Source: Balanoglossus misakiensis (taxonomy: Eukaryota; Animalia; Hemichordata). From it: DNA of 64,000 nt. The notes under the pieces were generated by a model. It was not told the DNA's origin. It searched no databases and worked only from the letters and a program-made list of their open reading frames with translations. This document shows positions 13,697-26,221 of the stretch, in pieces. The number at the start of each line of letters is the position of its first letter. Position 1 is the stretch's first letter. The stretch is taken from assembly GCA_040954595.2 (NCBI GenBank), contig CM082577.2, positions 16,251,903-16,315,902 of the forward strand, read 5' to 3'. A program made the position numbers and the translations under genes.

Positions 13697-14717
13697 TATG
13701 CTGTGTAAATCAGCTGACCTTTAAATTCTTGTCAATGTCATTATGTTTGAAGAAAAGGGGAGGGATAAATATTCTACACAGGCAGGGGGTAAATTTCCAA
13801 AGGTGAAAATATATAGATTGACTACTTCTTGTTAGAAAATGATAAATTGTAGTCTGTACTAGCTTTATTAGATTATTTTTATATCTTTTTTTTGTCATTA
13901 TACGGAAAGTTTTTGTCTTTCTTCATAAATGTTGAGTGCAATGGCCCTTACCAAAAGTGGAATCTACCAGCATAGTGAGAGCATGTGCTGTACTCATGGG
14001 CTTTGACTAAATTGATAAAATGTAACAATTTCTTTCCCGCTTCAAAAGTTCCGTTATTTCACTTCAATTTTGAAGCCCAAAGCGACAACATTGTAATTTG
14101 GCAGCTGCATACCGCATACCTCAGGAGAACTCATACGACGAATTAGCTTAGTTATAACTGATATAGTTGACATTTAACCCTACTTGTTCTTTATTTCAAG
14201 TGTTACAAAAAAGTTTTTTTTATTTCGTTACATTGATATAGTGTAAAACAGGTGTTCAATTCATAGATTTTTTTTCTGTCAGTTTCAAATTTAAATTGAC
14301 AGTTAAACTTTTTCAAAATTGAATTTGGTAGTTTTTCTTGATCTTCTTAATCAGCTGTGTTTGTTTTGAATACTGACAGGTACTTCAGAGTATCAAGTTG
14401 TATCTGCAGTATTATAACTGTTAAATTAATATAGTTGTAATTTTAGAGTTTGTTATTTACCAACCCTACTCATAAATCAAATTATATATTTGCAGTCATC
14501 TAAAAATTTATAGATTTTCCATTATTGAAGTTTTCTAGTATAAAATAATTATATCTGTAGATTTTAGCCAGTATTTATCTGTTATAGTTGTATAACTGCC
14601 TTGATTGTAAATTTTTTCATTGTTTGTATTCGAGTTGAAATTTGGAAAGTTCTTTCAATTTTATTCTAGTTTACCTGCACCAGAAGAAATTTTCAATTCC
14701 AGGTTAATACCTTCATC

Positions 14718-17700
14718 ATGCCGACAACTCTTGGTGACGTACATTTTTATCTTTCTACAGGTTCGTATCCCGAGGACAGGTCAGCCAACGAACGAAGATC
14801 CATTCGTGGCTATGCGACCAGGTTTAGAATACAAGGTAAAGTTATTTCTGACAGAGAAAAAAGTTAGAATTTAATAGTGTGGCCGAGACTTTGCACATTT
14901 GATCACATGCCTTAGCCCTAGCACAAAGTTTGTGAATATCATTTTGAATGGTCATCAAATATGTTGGCTACGTTTAAGTGTGTTGCAGGTCATGGACCAA
15001 AATGTTGAACTGTTTTCTATTAACTTAGGCAATATTCTCTAATCACTGTATGCAGGGCATTTCTTCTCCATGGTTACTAGCAGCTTTAATTTCCTTCGGT
15101 GTTCTCTCCTGTGGGGACTTACTGACAATGTCTTGTTTATATACTTTCAGGCACAAGGTTTCTATATGTCGGGAAGGATGGTCAAGAAGAAAAGCTGGTA
15201 TTGATGACTGAAGAAGAAAGAAGAAGAGTTTTTACAGAATGCCACGATTCGCCGATGGGAGCTCACCTTGGAATAACGAAGACATCACTGAAGATTTCAT
15301 CGAAGTTCTACTGGAAAACAATCTACCAAGACATTGAATCTTGGGTAAGCTACAGTTTCCATTCTAGTGTACTCCATCGTGCATATTTTCAACTAGTTAC
15401 AAGCCCTCGGTTGGACGTTCATAATGGTTTCGTTCAAAACTGAGTGTACTGTCCTATAGAGGCCCATAGCAACAGGCAAAATGATACTGGTGCCCCATCT
15501 TAAACTCAAGAGAAGTGCACCATTTAATTCTGAAGCAATTTCACTCATGAAAATAACTTTCGTACGACACAAAGGTCATGGGGAGAAGTTCTGTCATATA
15601 TCATATTATGCTGACAACAGTGCAATGATCAGTACATATCTCTCCTCCCACCCTGAACAGATAAAATCATGCGACACTTGCCAGAGGTTTGAGAAGATTA
15701 AGACATGTGCTCCGGAGCTCAAACCTATACCAGTGAAGGCCCCTTGGTATATGCTTGGCATGGACTTGATTGGACCGTTAACCACAACACTTCAGGGGAA
15801 TAGATACGTATTAACGATCACCGATTATTTCACCAAGTGGCCAGAAGCAATTCCAATACGTGATAAGTCAGCCGCAACTGTCGCACACCATCTGTGTGAA
15901 ACATTCTATAGGTAAGGGCAGTTTTTTTCTATTGGTCCAAATTTTAATCGGATTTTAGCTCTTCTGTTCCAGGAAAAGTTGCCCAATCCATGTAATGGAC
16001 TAATAATCAGTACATAAATTGTATTATTATACACCTACTGTCATAACCTATGGGAACTTTCCGTTTTTGGATGGTAGGGGCAGACATGATGCCCCAGTAC
16101 GGGAGACCTGTTAAGTCTAGTTGAGCTTTGACCTGCTGGATGTAAACGCATGTTTTTATGGACATAAACAAAAGTTTTTCCATGAGTCATGTGTAGCTAA
16201 TTTGTCTGGTGTACTCATACATATAGGTGTTATGAAGTACATATTTTCAGTACATTTATTTTTTTCAGATTTGGAGCAGCTAAACATATTCTGACGGACC
16301 AAGGAAGAGAATTTGTAAATGAGGTAATTTTCCCATTATGATACTATAAAAGGTCATTTTGACTCACCGTTTTTACAAGTATATGGTCACCTATGCAAGT
16401 TTAGGCACTGTTACCATGGCAAATTATCAACAAAAAATACAGTCATTTCATCATCATATGATTATTTGATAAAGTTTGTGATTGTCAATGTTTAAAACAT
16501 TTAAAGCCCCAGTAGAACCTTTTGGCTATTTTCTCAAATATTTTTCTCCTGTTTATCCTGGTAATTATATTCTGCTCCAAATAAATGAAATGATAAAATT
16601 GGTGTTAATGATTCTACACACTTTTTATTTTGTATAAACAGGTGAACGATTACGTATGTAAAATAATGAAGACTGAACACCGGATTACTGCAGCCTATCA
16701 CCCGCAAACTAATGGACTGGATGAGAGGATGAATCAAACAGTGAAGAGATCTATTAGTAAGCTGACCAATGAGCATCAGAATGATTGGGACCAATATATA
16801 TCAGCCTGTCTCTTCGGAATTAGAACAGTTCGTCAAGAAAGTACAAAATACACCCAATTCCAACTTATGTATAGTAGAGAAGCCAGATTACCTTGTGAGG
16901 TTAGTAGTTCATTACCAGAATATATCGTTGTTTTATTTCGTTTAGTCTATAATGTGCAAGATTGTATCCATTGAAGTGGAAGTCTGATTGTTTCCGTTGA
17001 AAACTGAAAACAGGTTCAGTCTAGAATTCATCTGTCAACAATGCAAATGATATATATTTTTTATTTTAGTCAACGCTGGAAATGTAAACATGGTACATTG
17101 AGAAATTTTTGTCTACCTTTTTCACTTTGAAGGTTTTAATGGTGGAGGACGATTTGGAGGACGCACTCGAGAATTATGTAGCAGATGATAATACCAATAT
17201 GGACCACAAGGCATACATGGATGAAGTTACACAGAGAATTACCTCTGTGCACAAAAAGGTACCATCAAAATTTAGTACATGCATGCCCGCCTTGAACAAG
17301 TTTGACAGAATACTGACCTGAGAGAAAAATGGTCATTGATCTTGACCACAACTTATATTGTATATGGATACTGTATGTATGAAGGCACACATACGTACTT
17401 ATGAACAAGACTCATTTGCAAGGTAACATATTGTAGCAAACTCATTTTTCACCTGGATATAAATGCAAAGCAAATATATGTTTAAAAAAGAAAATCTCCA
17501 TCAATACCTATTCCAGGCTCTAACCATATAAACCCAACTATCGTGATCAAAATTATTGACAGCTTATCCACTGGGTTTATATATCAAACCAAGTGACTAC
17601 TGCTTTTCTCAATATAAAGATGTATGCAATCATGACATGCTTTTGAAAGGGACAAAGTCTCTCTCTTGATGCCCTTTTCATTATGTTTGATACAAGACAC

Positions 17701-19718
17701 CATTTATGTTATACTACGTGTGTATATATAGTGAATCAACATTCGACCACACACAACTTCCATCCTGTTTGTAGGATATGAGAACGGTCATTCACTACAT
17801 ACATGTATACACATGTACATTAACATAAGTGTTGTCTCGTATCGAACATAATAAATGGAAAAAAAAGGAGAGTGAGTGAGAGTCTTTGTCCCTTTAAAAG
17901 CAACCAAGAAGAAAATAATATTGGGTGTATCATGCCAGACACAATAAATCAAATTTATTAATTTGTGTCACCCTGTTTTTGTTTTTTGACAGGTATTGGA
18001 GAACATTAAAATGGCCCAAGACAAACAAAAGAAGCAATATAAGAAGAGGATGTCTAAAGGAGTGAAATCATTCAACTTTGAAATTGGAGATGAAGTAATG
18101 AAGAAGAATATGAGGAAACTTAGCAGAAAAGGTGACCGACTTACAGCAGACTGGTTTGGACCATACAGGTAAAAAGATTTTAATTGAAGCATTGTTGCAA
18201 ATAATAGGTTGATATCCTGAACAAATTATGAGAAAAATTATTCTACATGTAGTCTTTTTATTTCATTCATTCAGAATATTCCATCTATTTCTAGTATTGT
18301 TTAGATTACTGACTTTAAAGGGGAGACCCAGGAAAGTGCAGGGCAAACAATAGAATCTTTGTAGAAAAGTGTTCCACTGTGTACTTCTACCTTTAAATCT
18401 TTATCAATGTTTAATCTAGTCTGTTTACAAGCAGAACGGAGTATGTTTATAGTTGTATAGAAGTCAAACAGCATAGACAATTTTTCATATCGAACAAAAT
18501 CCACGTCAAAAGAGATCCACTTTGTCCCTTTAACTGCTCCCAACAATATTTATTTGTGACAATGGGAGAGTAATTTAAATATTTTCATCTTTGTGTATGT
18601 GACACAGTGGGAGAATAATAACATGGTGCCTGTTTTATTTTGATTCCAGAATTGCAGACATTACGAAAACTGGTGTAAAGTTGATAGACAAGTCGACTGG
18701 GGAAGCTCTAAAAACATCAGTAAGCTATGATCAGCTGAAGCCATATCGCATACATGTTGTACCTTCACAACAACATGATGCAAGACCAGACACTACAGAT
18801 CATTCCAGTGAAGAACAGGACTTTGACCAAGCCAGCCAGGTGAATGGAACCACTAAAGTATTGCCATCTTCACAAACCGGATCCTCAAATTCAGCAGCTA
18901 GCATGGGAGAAGAATCTGGTGAATGCATATTGGTTGAAGTGACTCCATTTAAGCGGACCCTAGGAACTCTGCCAGTGAAACCAGCAAGGGCTCATAACAA
19001 GGCTATGGTGAAGATGATGGAAACTCTTGCTTCAGATACTGCCTGGTTTGGAGATGAACTTATTGACCATTCTCAATTTCTTCTCCGTGGCCAGTTTTGT
19101 AATATTGATGGTTTCCAAGAAAGTGGTGTTGTGACTGCAGCTTGTATTGTCGGAACGCCAACCGACAAATTCGTACAGATCATGAATTTACAAGAAAACC
19201 ACTGGATCACTGTGTCAAACCTTGCTTGTGGAGATGGCACTGTTCGTGTGTATGACTCTATGTTCAGAGGTAACGCTAGCTACAGTATGTTGAAAGCTCT
19301 TGGATGGATGCTGTACACAGACAAGAAGGAAATGAAGATTGAGTGGATGGATGTTCATCGACAAAGTGGTTCAGATGACTGTGGTGCTTTTGCAATAGCA
19401 AATGCAACAGCTCTTTGTTATGGCAGTGATCCAACAGAGTATGCATGGGACCAACCTAAAATGAGAAACCATCTAAGACAGTGCATAACTACTGGGCGCA
19501 TTTGCATGTTTCCAGTCAGAAGGAGAAGACGGACTGGCAGGATATCAACCTCTAGAACATATCCACTTTTTTGTCATTGCCGTCAACCAGAATTTCCAGA
19601 AGTACAGATGATTGAGTGCACTGGGTGTGAGAACTGGTATCATCCCACCTGCGATACAACACCACAGTCAGCATGGGACATCACTGACATTGCATTCTTT
19701 TGCTCAAAGTGTCGTTAA
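14718..19718 (+). CDS. Ginger1-type (Gypsy-integrase-like) transposase with Ulp1/C48 protease and PHD finger; 8 coding exons, 748 aa, no stops or frameshifts
   Basis: Exons 14718-14835, 15151-15344, 15661-15911, 16269-16323, 16642-16899, 17133-17258, 17993-18168 and 18650-19718; all GT-AG and phase-compatible (2247 nt). Motifs: YPYY (FYLSTGSYPEDRSANERRSIR), H2C2 (CHDSPMGAHLG...CDTCQR), GMDLIGP / TDQGREF / GLDERMN with 35 residues between the second D and E, GPY/F (DWFGPYR), Ulp1 (NHWIT, YDS, QSGSDDCG), PHD (CHC...CTGCENWYHPTC...CSKC). Confidence 0.93.
17648..17893. mobile_element. TTAA-target MITE (Kolobok-like) in a Ginger intron
   Basis: Termini AGGGACAAAG...CTTTGTCCCT followed by TTAA; internal similarity to the copy at 38208-38558. 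Confidence 0.7.
18319..18529. mobile_element. Degenerate TTAA-flanked MITE in a Ginger intron
   Basis: TTAA-AGGGGAGA...TTTGTCCCT-TTAA. Confidence 0.45.
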
Positions 19719-21571
19719 TGGAACTACTGTCTGTTTAATGGAAGTACTGTCCGTTTAATGGAAGTACTGTCTGTTTTAATTTTTAAAGTCTTAGCAGTCT
19801 TAAATCCCTCATTTAATTTAATTCCATCAAGTCCAATCCCATGCCAACCAAGTCTCAGCAGTCTTAAATCCCTCATTATATTTTTGAAGTCTTAGCAGTC
19901 TTAAATCCCTCATTTCATTTCAACTTTTCCGTCTTAATAATAATCTCATCCAGTCCAATCCCATGCCAAGCAAGCCATCTCCAAACTAATGTGTAAGTCC
20001 CCGGTTTATTGTTGAAGTCTTAGCAGTCTTAAATCCCTCATTTAATTTTTGAAGTCTTAGCAGTCTTAAGTCACTCATTTAATTTATGGAAGTACTGTCC
20101 GTTTAATGGAGGTACTGTCCGTTTAATGGAAGTACTGTCTGTTTTATGGAAGTACTGTCTGTTTTTATTGTTGAAGTCTTAGCAGTCTTAAATCCCTCAT
20201 TTAATTTCAACTTTTCCATCTTAATAATAATCTCATCCAGTCCAATCCCATGCCATGCCAAGCAAGCCATCTCAAAACTAATGTGTAAGTCCCCGGTTTA
20301 TTGTTGAAGTCTTAGCAGTCTTAAATCCCTCATTTAATTTTTGAAGTCTTAGCAGTCTTAAGTCACTCATTTAATTTATGGAAGTACTGTCCGTTTAATG
20401 GAAGTACTGTCTGTTTTTATCGTTGAAGTCTTAGCAGTCTTAAATCCCTCATTTAATTTCAACTTTTCCATCTTAATAATAATCTCATCCAGTCCAATCC
20501 CATGCCATGCCAAGCAAGCCATCTCCAAACTAATGTGTAAGTCCCCGGTTTATTTTTGAAGTCTTAGCAGTCTTAAATCCCTCAGTTAATTTTTGAAGTC
20601 TTAGCAGTCTTAAGTCACTCATTTAATTTATGGAAGTACTGTCCGTTTAATGGAAGTACTGTCCGTTTAATGGAAGTACTGTCCGTTTAATGGAAGTACT
20701 GTCTGTTTAATGGAAGTGTACTGTCCGTTTAATGGAATTACTGTCTGTTTTTATTGTTGAAGTCTTAGCAGTCTTAAATCCCTCATTTAATTTCAACTTT
20801 TCCATCTTAATAATAATCTCATCCAGTCCAATCCCATGCCAAGCAAGCCATCTCCAAACTAATGTGTAAGGGCCTAGTTAAAGTATTAACTTGGTTCAAA
20901 TTCTTTCCCTCCCTTCCCACCCTTATCCTGCCTTCGGCCAGTGACTCTTATTGTAATTGATTTTTTTAAAGTTATAAGTGGTTTAAGTTTTTCGTTTTGT
21001 AATTCATTCTTAGCTGACGCACATTCAAGTTATGTACTTTAATTTTATGCCATCTTGTTTGTTATGTATTTAACTACTTTCAAGTTTTTGTATTCCTTTT
21101 AGTCGAAACATTGTCTCACTGCGATAGAGAATGTATACAATGCTTGTCAATGATTTATTTATTTTTGAACCTTTACCTTTGTACTTATTTGATTTACTGT
21201 AGGGGAGTTTAGGACTTTAGTCCATAGTTTAGTAGTGTAATAGTTAGGTTAGCAGTGTTGGGCCCCTATGCCAGCAGACCTCATTTGCATTTACATTTGC
21301 ATTACAATGGGGCCCAACACGTGACTTGTAGTTTGTCAGTGTCTAGTAGTTTTGGTCCTAATAAATACCCCTACTTATCCAAGATACCTGTTCCTGTGTG
21401 TGTGTTTGTTTGTTTGCTATTCAACCAGTGATCCCCCTCCGCCATTCTCCACTCAGCCAAGCCTTTCAAGTGGAACTGGAATTTGATCCCCATTTTATTT
21501 TTAAAGTCTTAGCAGTCTTAAATCCCTCATTTAATTTCAACTTTTCCATCTTAATAATAATCTCATCCAGT
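19714..21571. repeat. Composite minisatellite downstream of the Ginger stop codon, interrupted by a ~620-bp unrelated insert (20871-21488)
   Basis: Interleaved 20-bp (TGGAAGTACTGTCCGTTTAA) and ~36-bp (TTGAAGTCTTAGCAGTCTTAAATCCCTCATTTAATT) units in ~250-300-bp higher-order blocks; the repeat resumes at ~21495. Confidence 0.85.
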
Positions 21572-22555
21572 CCTTGTATGTTCTGTTTCTAAAAATATCA
21601 ACAAAGAAAAATACAAGCATTTACAGCTACCAAACACTGATATAACCTGAACTATCCAGTTAACATGTTTTAGTAAAATTTACATTGGTTACCTGTTTAG
21701 AATCATTTAGTCACAACAACACCTACTACACAGGTAAACAAGTGTGCTCACTGCCAAGATATCGGATATGATATGAATCAACAATTAATATGAATGAATT
21801 GGTGGTTCCACTTTATTGTTTCTTTGTTTTTAAGTGGGGGGTCTGCATAAGGCTTTGAGCACCCTATATTGTTTTATTGGAATGCCTGTTGCATACTTCT
21901 GATTCAGAAAAAAAATCCTGACATTGAGTGACCTTCATACATTGATGTTTATTAGACTGAACCCCCCCCCCCTCCCCCCCAGTAAAAACTCAAGTGTTCA
22001 CAAAATACAAATATTGGTTAATGCATAAAAGAAATAAACATCAACAACAATCATTAAATCATCGGCGAATTTTCTTGAAGAAGACAAAGAGGAAGAAATA
22101 AACAATAAAGCTGATAAAGGGGGCATAGTTTTACATTGCTACAGTGATAACGTCCTCCAGGGGTTTTCTTATGGTCGTACCCAATATAATGACCACTTTC
22201 GTAATCCGATATAAAGAACCTCGTAGGTCTACGCAGGGTCTAGAGATAGCAGGTCGCGATGTTGTGTATGAGAGATCGTAAAAATTCTACATTGTACCAC
22301 TGCGTGTATTGTTTACGAATCGACGCTAGCGCGCGCGTGCGCATAGAACACAAGCGGACACTATTCTACAGCGGACGAAATTCTACGTGGTACCGCGTAG
22401 AATTTTTACGTTCGATTTTGGCGCATGCGCAAAGAACACAAGCGGATACTATTCTACGGCGGATAAAATAATTCATGAGACCGGGTTTCCCCAGACCCTC
22501 TTTCTGGAGTGCCCAACGGAAGAAGCAGGGGGGTCTGGGTAACCGAGACTAGGGC

Positions 22556-23000
22556 TTCATCAAGCTCGCAAACATCAATGTCGCTCGCTGTTTCGATATT
22601 TTCAAACCCTAAAAATTCTTCTTCATCATCATCTTCGAGAAATATTCTCATTATTTCTGCATTTGCTACACCAAGATCCATAACTTTCCTGTCAGAATTC
22701 GCGATATTTAAATTCAGGAGGAGACGTGAATAATTAACTAAAAATAGTCGGCAGCGCGTCCCTGGAGATTTCAATCGTTGATAGGGGCAAAAGTTCAAAT
22801 GGTCACATATTTTCTTGGCGGGAAATGGGAGCCTATCATATGTTTAATAGTCATTAGAAAAAGATAGCACGTATTTCACAAGAAACCGTTACGTATCCCA
22901 CACTTTTTGAATCGCCCGATTTTCTGGAATCTTGGGACGTTTACGGACGATTTGGCAGCACCAATATAGGATGTCTGAGGGCGCTGTGGACTGCACAGGG
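22556..23000 (-). mobile_element. 5' part of the split piggyBac: transposase N-terminus (ATG at 22681) and terminal repeat
   Basis: Acidic N-terminus MDLGVANAEIMRIFLEDDDEEEFLGFENIETASDIDVCELDEA, typical of piggyBac. End ...GGACTGCACAGGG followed by TTAA at 23001-23004. The matching left terminus was not found in the window. Confidence 0.8.
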
Positions 23001-23939
23001 TTAAAGTCCGAGCTGTTATCAGATGCAGTGAGTGTCTCAGGAACAGATGTGTGTATGCACCATCAAAGTTGTCAACAACTCAGGTATTGCATAAATTTGA
23101 GGGGCACTTTGTTCAGTTGAGTATTCAAAGGGATACAGTAGTCTTTCTGTATATAAGTGTTCTTTCTGTATGTGCAAGTAGATCCATATAAAACATAGGT
23201 TTATGCAAATGTGTGTAAATATTTTTGGCAAATTTTGTATTTGTTGTCTTCTGATCCAACATCCAGTTTCCTGTTTTGTATTTTTCATAGACAGCAGCAT
23301 TGATCAGAGTACAGGAGGACAACAGCTATATTTGTGGCCAGCCCCTGTTCCCATGCAACAGTGAATTCCATAGTGATGTTTATTGTATGACAAGCTGTGA
23401 CCTGTACCAGTCCAATGGAAACAACTTACTACAGTGCAACAGCAGTATCATTTGAAGCTTGCTGTTTCTATTGTACAAGATAGTCTTCTGAATGATGACT
23501 ATATAACTTCACTCAGATCACAGTAGTGTTGTCAGACCATTGTGCAAAATGTGCAGAGACAGTGGCAAAGAGGCCAAGACATTGTTTGATTTCAGTGATT
23601 TGCATGTTGAAATACTCAGAATATGTTGTCCAAACACCAACTGTAAGTGTAATGGTCTATGTTATTGGTGAGAAATACAGTACTGAATTCAGTTTAATGC
23701 AAGTACATGTATCAGGTTTTTATTTGTCTGAGATATTTCTGGTAAAAAGAGAAAAATTATCTCGCCTTGTCTGCATCTGTACAAAAATGTCAGAGAACCG
23801 CATTTTACCTTCAGCCTAAAAAATTAATAAATAAATAAATATTCGCTCGCCGCTCCTGGAACTTGGTCCAAAAAATCCGATGAACAAGATTTTTTTTCTC
23901 TCTGGCCTAAATATTGACTATTTCTGATATCAGAATTGA

Positions 23940-24600
23940 ATAAAAGTTGCACATATAAAAGGAACATGCCTGCCAAAGGTCAATGCAATATGACAAGCGG
24001 TTTCAGAGAAAACAATTTTTGACAAAAATTGCAAAAGTTTCCCCGATAACACATTTATGAAAATATCACATTTTGTTACAACATATTACTTAGGTTACCC
24101 CTACGAACATGCCTACCAAATTGCAAAGCAATCTGACATGCGGTTATGAAGAAAGAAACTTTTGACCAAAAATGGCAAATATTGCTCAAAATTATAAATA
24201 TGCAAATTTTGCAACAATTTGAACAAAACTATGGTTACTCAGAAAACCATTAGGAAGCTTCACACTAAATTTTAAAGAAGTAAGCCCATCACTTTCAGAA
24301 ATAAGGACTTTTTACCAATAACATGGAAAAATACAAAACAATGCATAAAAAATAGGAAATCAATAATATTAGCTAAAAACATACAGGACTGTATGAGGTT
24401 GACATAAGGTACATGCATACCAATTTTCAAATCACTATGACCAGTGGTTGTCGAGTTTTTGAGTTTTGACCGATTTCACATTTCCCAGCTAATTTGCATA
24501 TTTTTGGCAATGACAACTTCATTTGAACAAACTCCCATCTACAGCCCTGCCTTCATCTACACACCAAATATGGAGGTCATACGTGCAGCAGTTTATTATT
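23940..24600 (+). repeat. Interspersed non-autonomous repeat; second partial copy at ~44700-44990
   Basis: 24440-24590 aligns with 44712-44870 (TGACCAGT...CAGCTAATTTGCATATTTTTGGC...TTCATTTGAACAAACTC...CATCTACAGCCC). Confidence 0.7.
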
Positions 24601-25710
24601 GTTTCTTGGTTCAACCGTCTGAAACTAAACAATTGAAATGGTTGTGTTGGATACTGCAATGAAATGAACTATGTTTGCAATCTTAACTGGATTTATTTGT
24701 TAATAAACGTCTTCAGACATTATTACGAGAAAATCGCCATGTGTCTAAGCCGGCATTTTTGAATGTGTTTAAATATAGCAGCTGATGGTCTTTGCCATGT
24801 GCATTTAATGCTCAATGATGATTATTTGGAAATTCTTAAAGCAACTGTAAACAAAATAACCAAATGAAATTCACGAGCGCCACCCTTTGGAAAAGTGTAG
24901 GTTGGAAATTTTTTACAGATGAAAAAAATAACCTTTTATCTAATACTTTGCTTAATTTATTTTCAAGCAGAGAAAAAAGTGTGTTTGTGTGTGTGTGGGG
25001 GGGGGGGGGGGGGCAAGAACTGCAAGTTAATATTTCATCCATCCATCCATCCTTGTTTCAGAGAAAACTTAAAAAGTGGCCAAAACTCAAATATCACTTC
25101 AATCACCGCAAGGAACATGCCTACCGAAGTCCAAAGCAATCAGACAAACAGTTTCAGAAATTACAATGCTAAGAGTTCTACAAGGAAACAATTTTAGTGA
25201 GAACAATTACATTTCTGGCAGTGGATGGGAGACTATTGAAGAAAAAAACTAGGTAACATTTTGAACAACTGTGAATAATGTTACCCAATGAAGCAACCTG
25301 AAAGGGTACACCCTCAACCATATGCTAGCATCAACAATCAACAATCCATCACTCTAGGTTACTTGACATTTTTGAGTGTGTCCTGCATTGCTCACTCTCT
25401 CCCAACCCGCTCACCCTCAACAAATAAAACAAGGGCAATTGCAGTTTTCACAGTGGTTTTCTGGTTATTGGTGTCAATACTGAATTTCCAGAGTTAAAAC
25501 ATTATAATATGTATAGCACAGCGAACCTCATCTCGAGTTATATACTTATCTGTCGACAATTGGATTATTTCGTTCATTTTTTCATCAAAATCAACCACCA
25601 AGAAAAAGACAACTAAGTCTGGATGCAAGAAGTAACAGGTAGGCTTGTTTCACCATAGAGTGAGAAATGTTAAACTTTCTTTTTTTTGGGGGGGGGGTAT
25701 CTTTTCTTAG

Positions 25711-25885
25711 GGTAAGAGGGCATCTCTCAGATGAAAGAGACTTGAACAGCATGGACGGTGAAAGACCTGCACGTACACCTCAAGCTATTGACCATGACTA
25801 CCTGTCAACTTCAAAAGATCATACTACTGAGGAGAGGCTACAACAAGCAGCAGCTTATATTGAGCAACATGAAAAGCAAATTAGT
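25711..25885 (+). pseudogene. Possible remnant exon of a THAP-associated transposon protein
   Basis: DHDY ([DE]HxY) motif followed by a short coiled-coil-like segment (EERLQQAAAYIEQHEKQI). No clear THAP domain seen. Confidence 0.3.
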
Positions 25886-26221
25886 TTATTATCTATCTAT
25901 ACATTTTGTGCTTCAAATTAAAGCTTCCATTTAATACGTCAGATAAACAACCTATTTGTAATCTTTCTTGGATTGTGTGTAATGATTTTATTTGCATTCC
26001 CAAGATGGATCTTCATTCAGTGGCTTCCATATCATTAGGCAGTGAAAAAGTTGGTTCTTTTTCGTGCATTCCCAAGATGAATCTTGAAATAACTTCCATA
26101 TAATTAGGCAGTCAAACAGCAATTTAATAATTGTTCTGCATTCCCAAATGCACCTTTAAATAGCTTCCAAACATATCAGGCCTTTATACACAATGAAGAC
26201 AGCTACCTCTTACAAATTTAA

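Larger units (their letters stand above)
4767..22551 (+). mobile_element. ~17.8-kb TIR DNA transposon carrying a Ginger1-like transposase gene and a satellite array, inserted into the piggyBac ORF
   Basis: Perfect 60-bp inverted repeats at 4767-4826 and 22483-22542, with degenerate continuation (5082-5104 vs 22460-22482). The right end extends 9 nt further (CCGAGACTA). GGGC flanks both sides (4763-4766, 22552-22555). piggyBac coding sequence lies on both sides. Confidence 0.88.

Noticed and set aside
14620-14874. Listed 84-aa ORF, and an apparent acceptor at 14760
   Set aside because: The real frame starts at ATG 14718 and reads through this site, giving the YPYY motif.
14718-19718. Gypsy LTR retrotransposon or host GIN1 gene
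   Set aside because: No gag, RT, RNase H or LTRs. The gene has seven introns and lies between TIRs inside a piggyBac.
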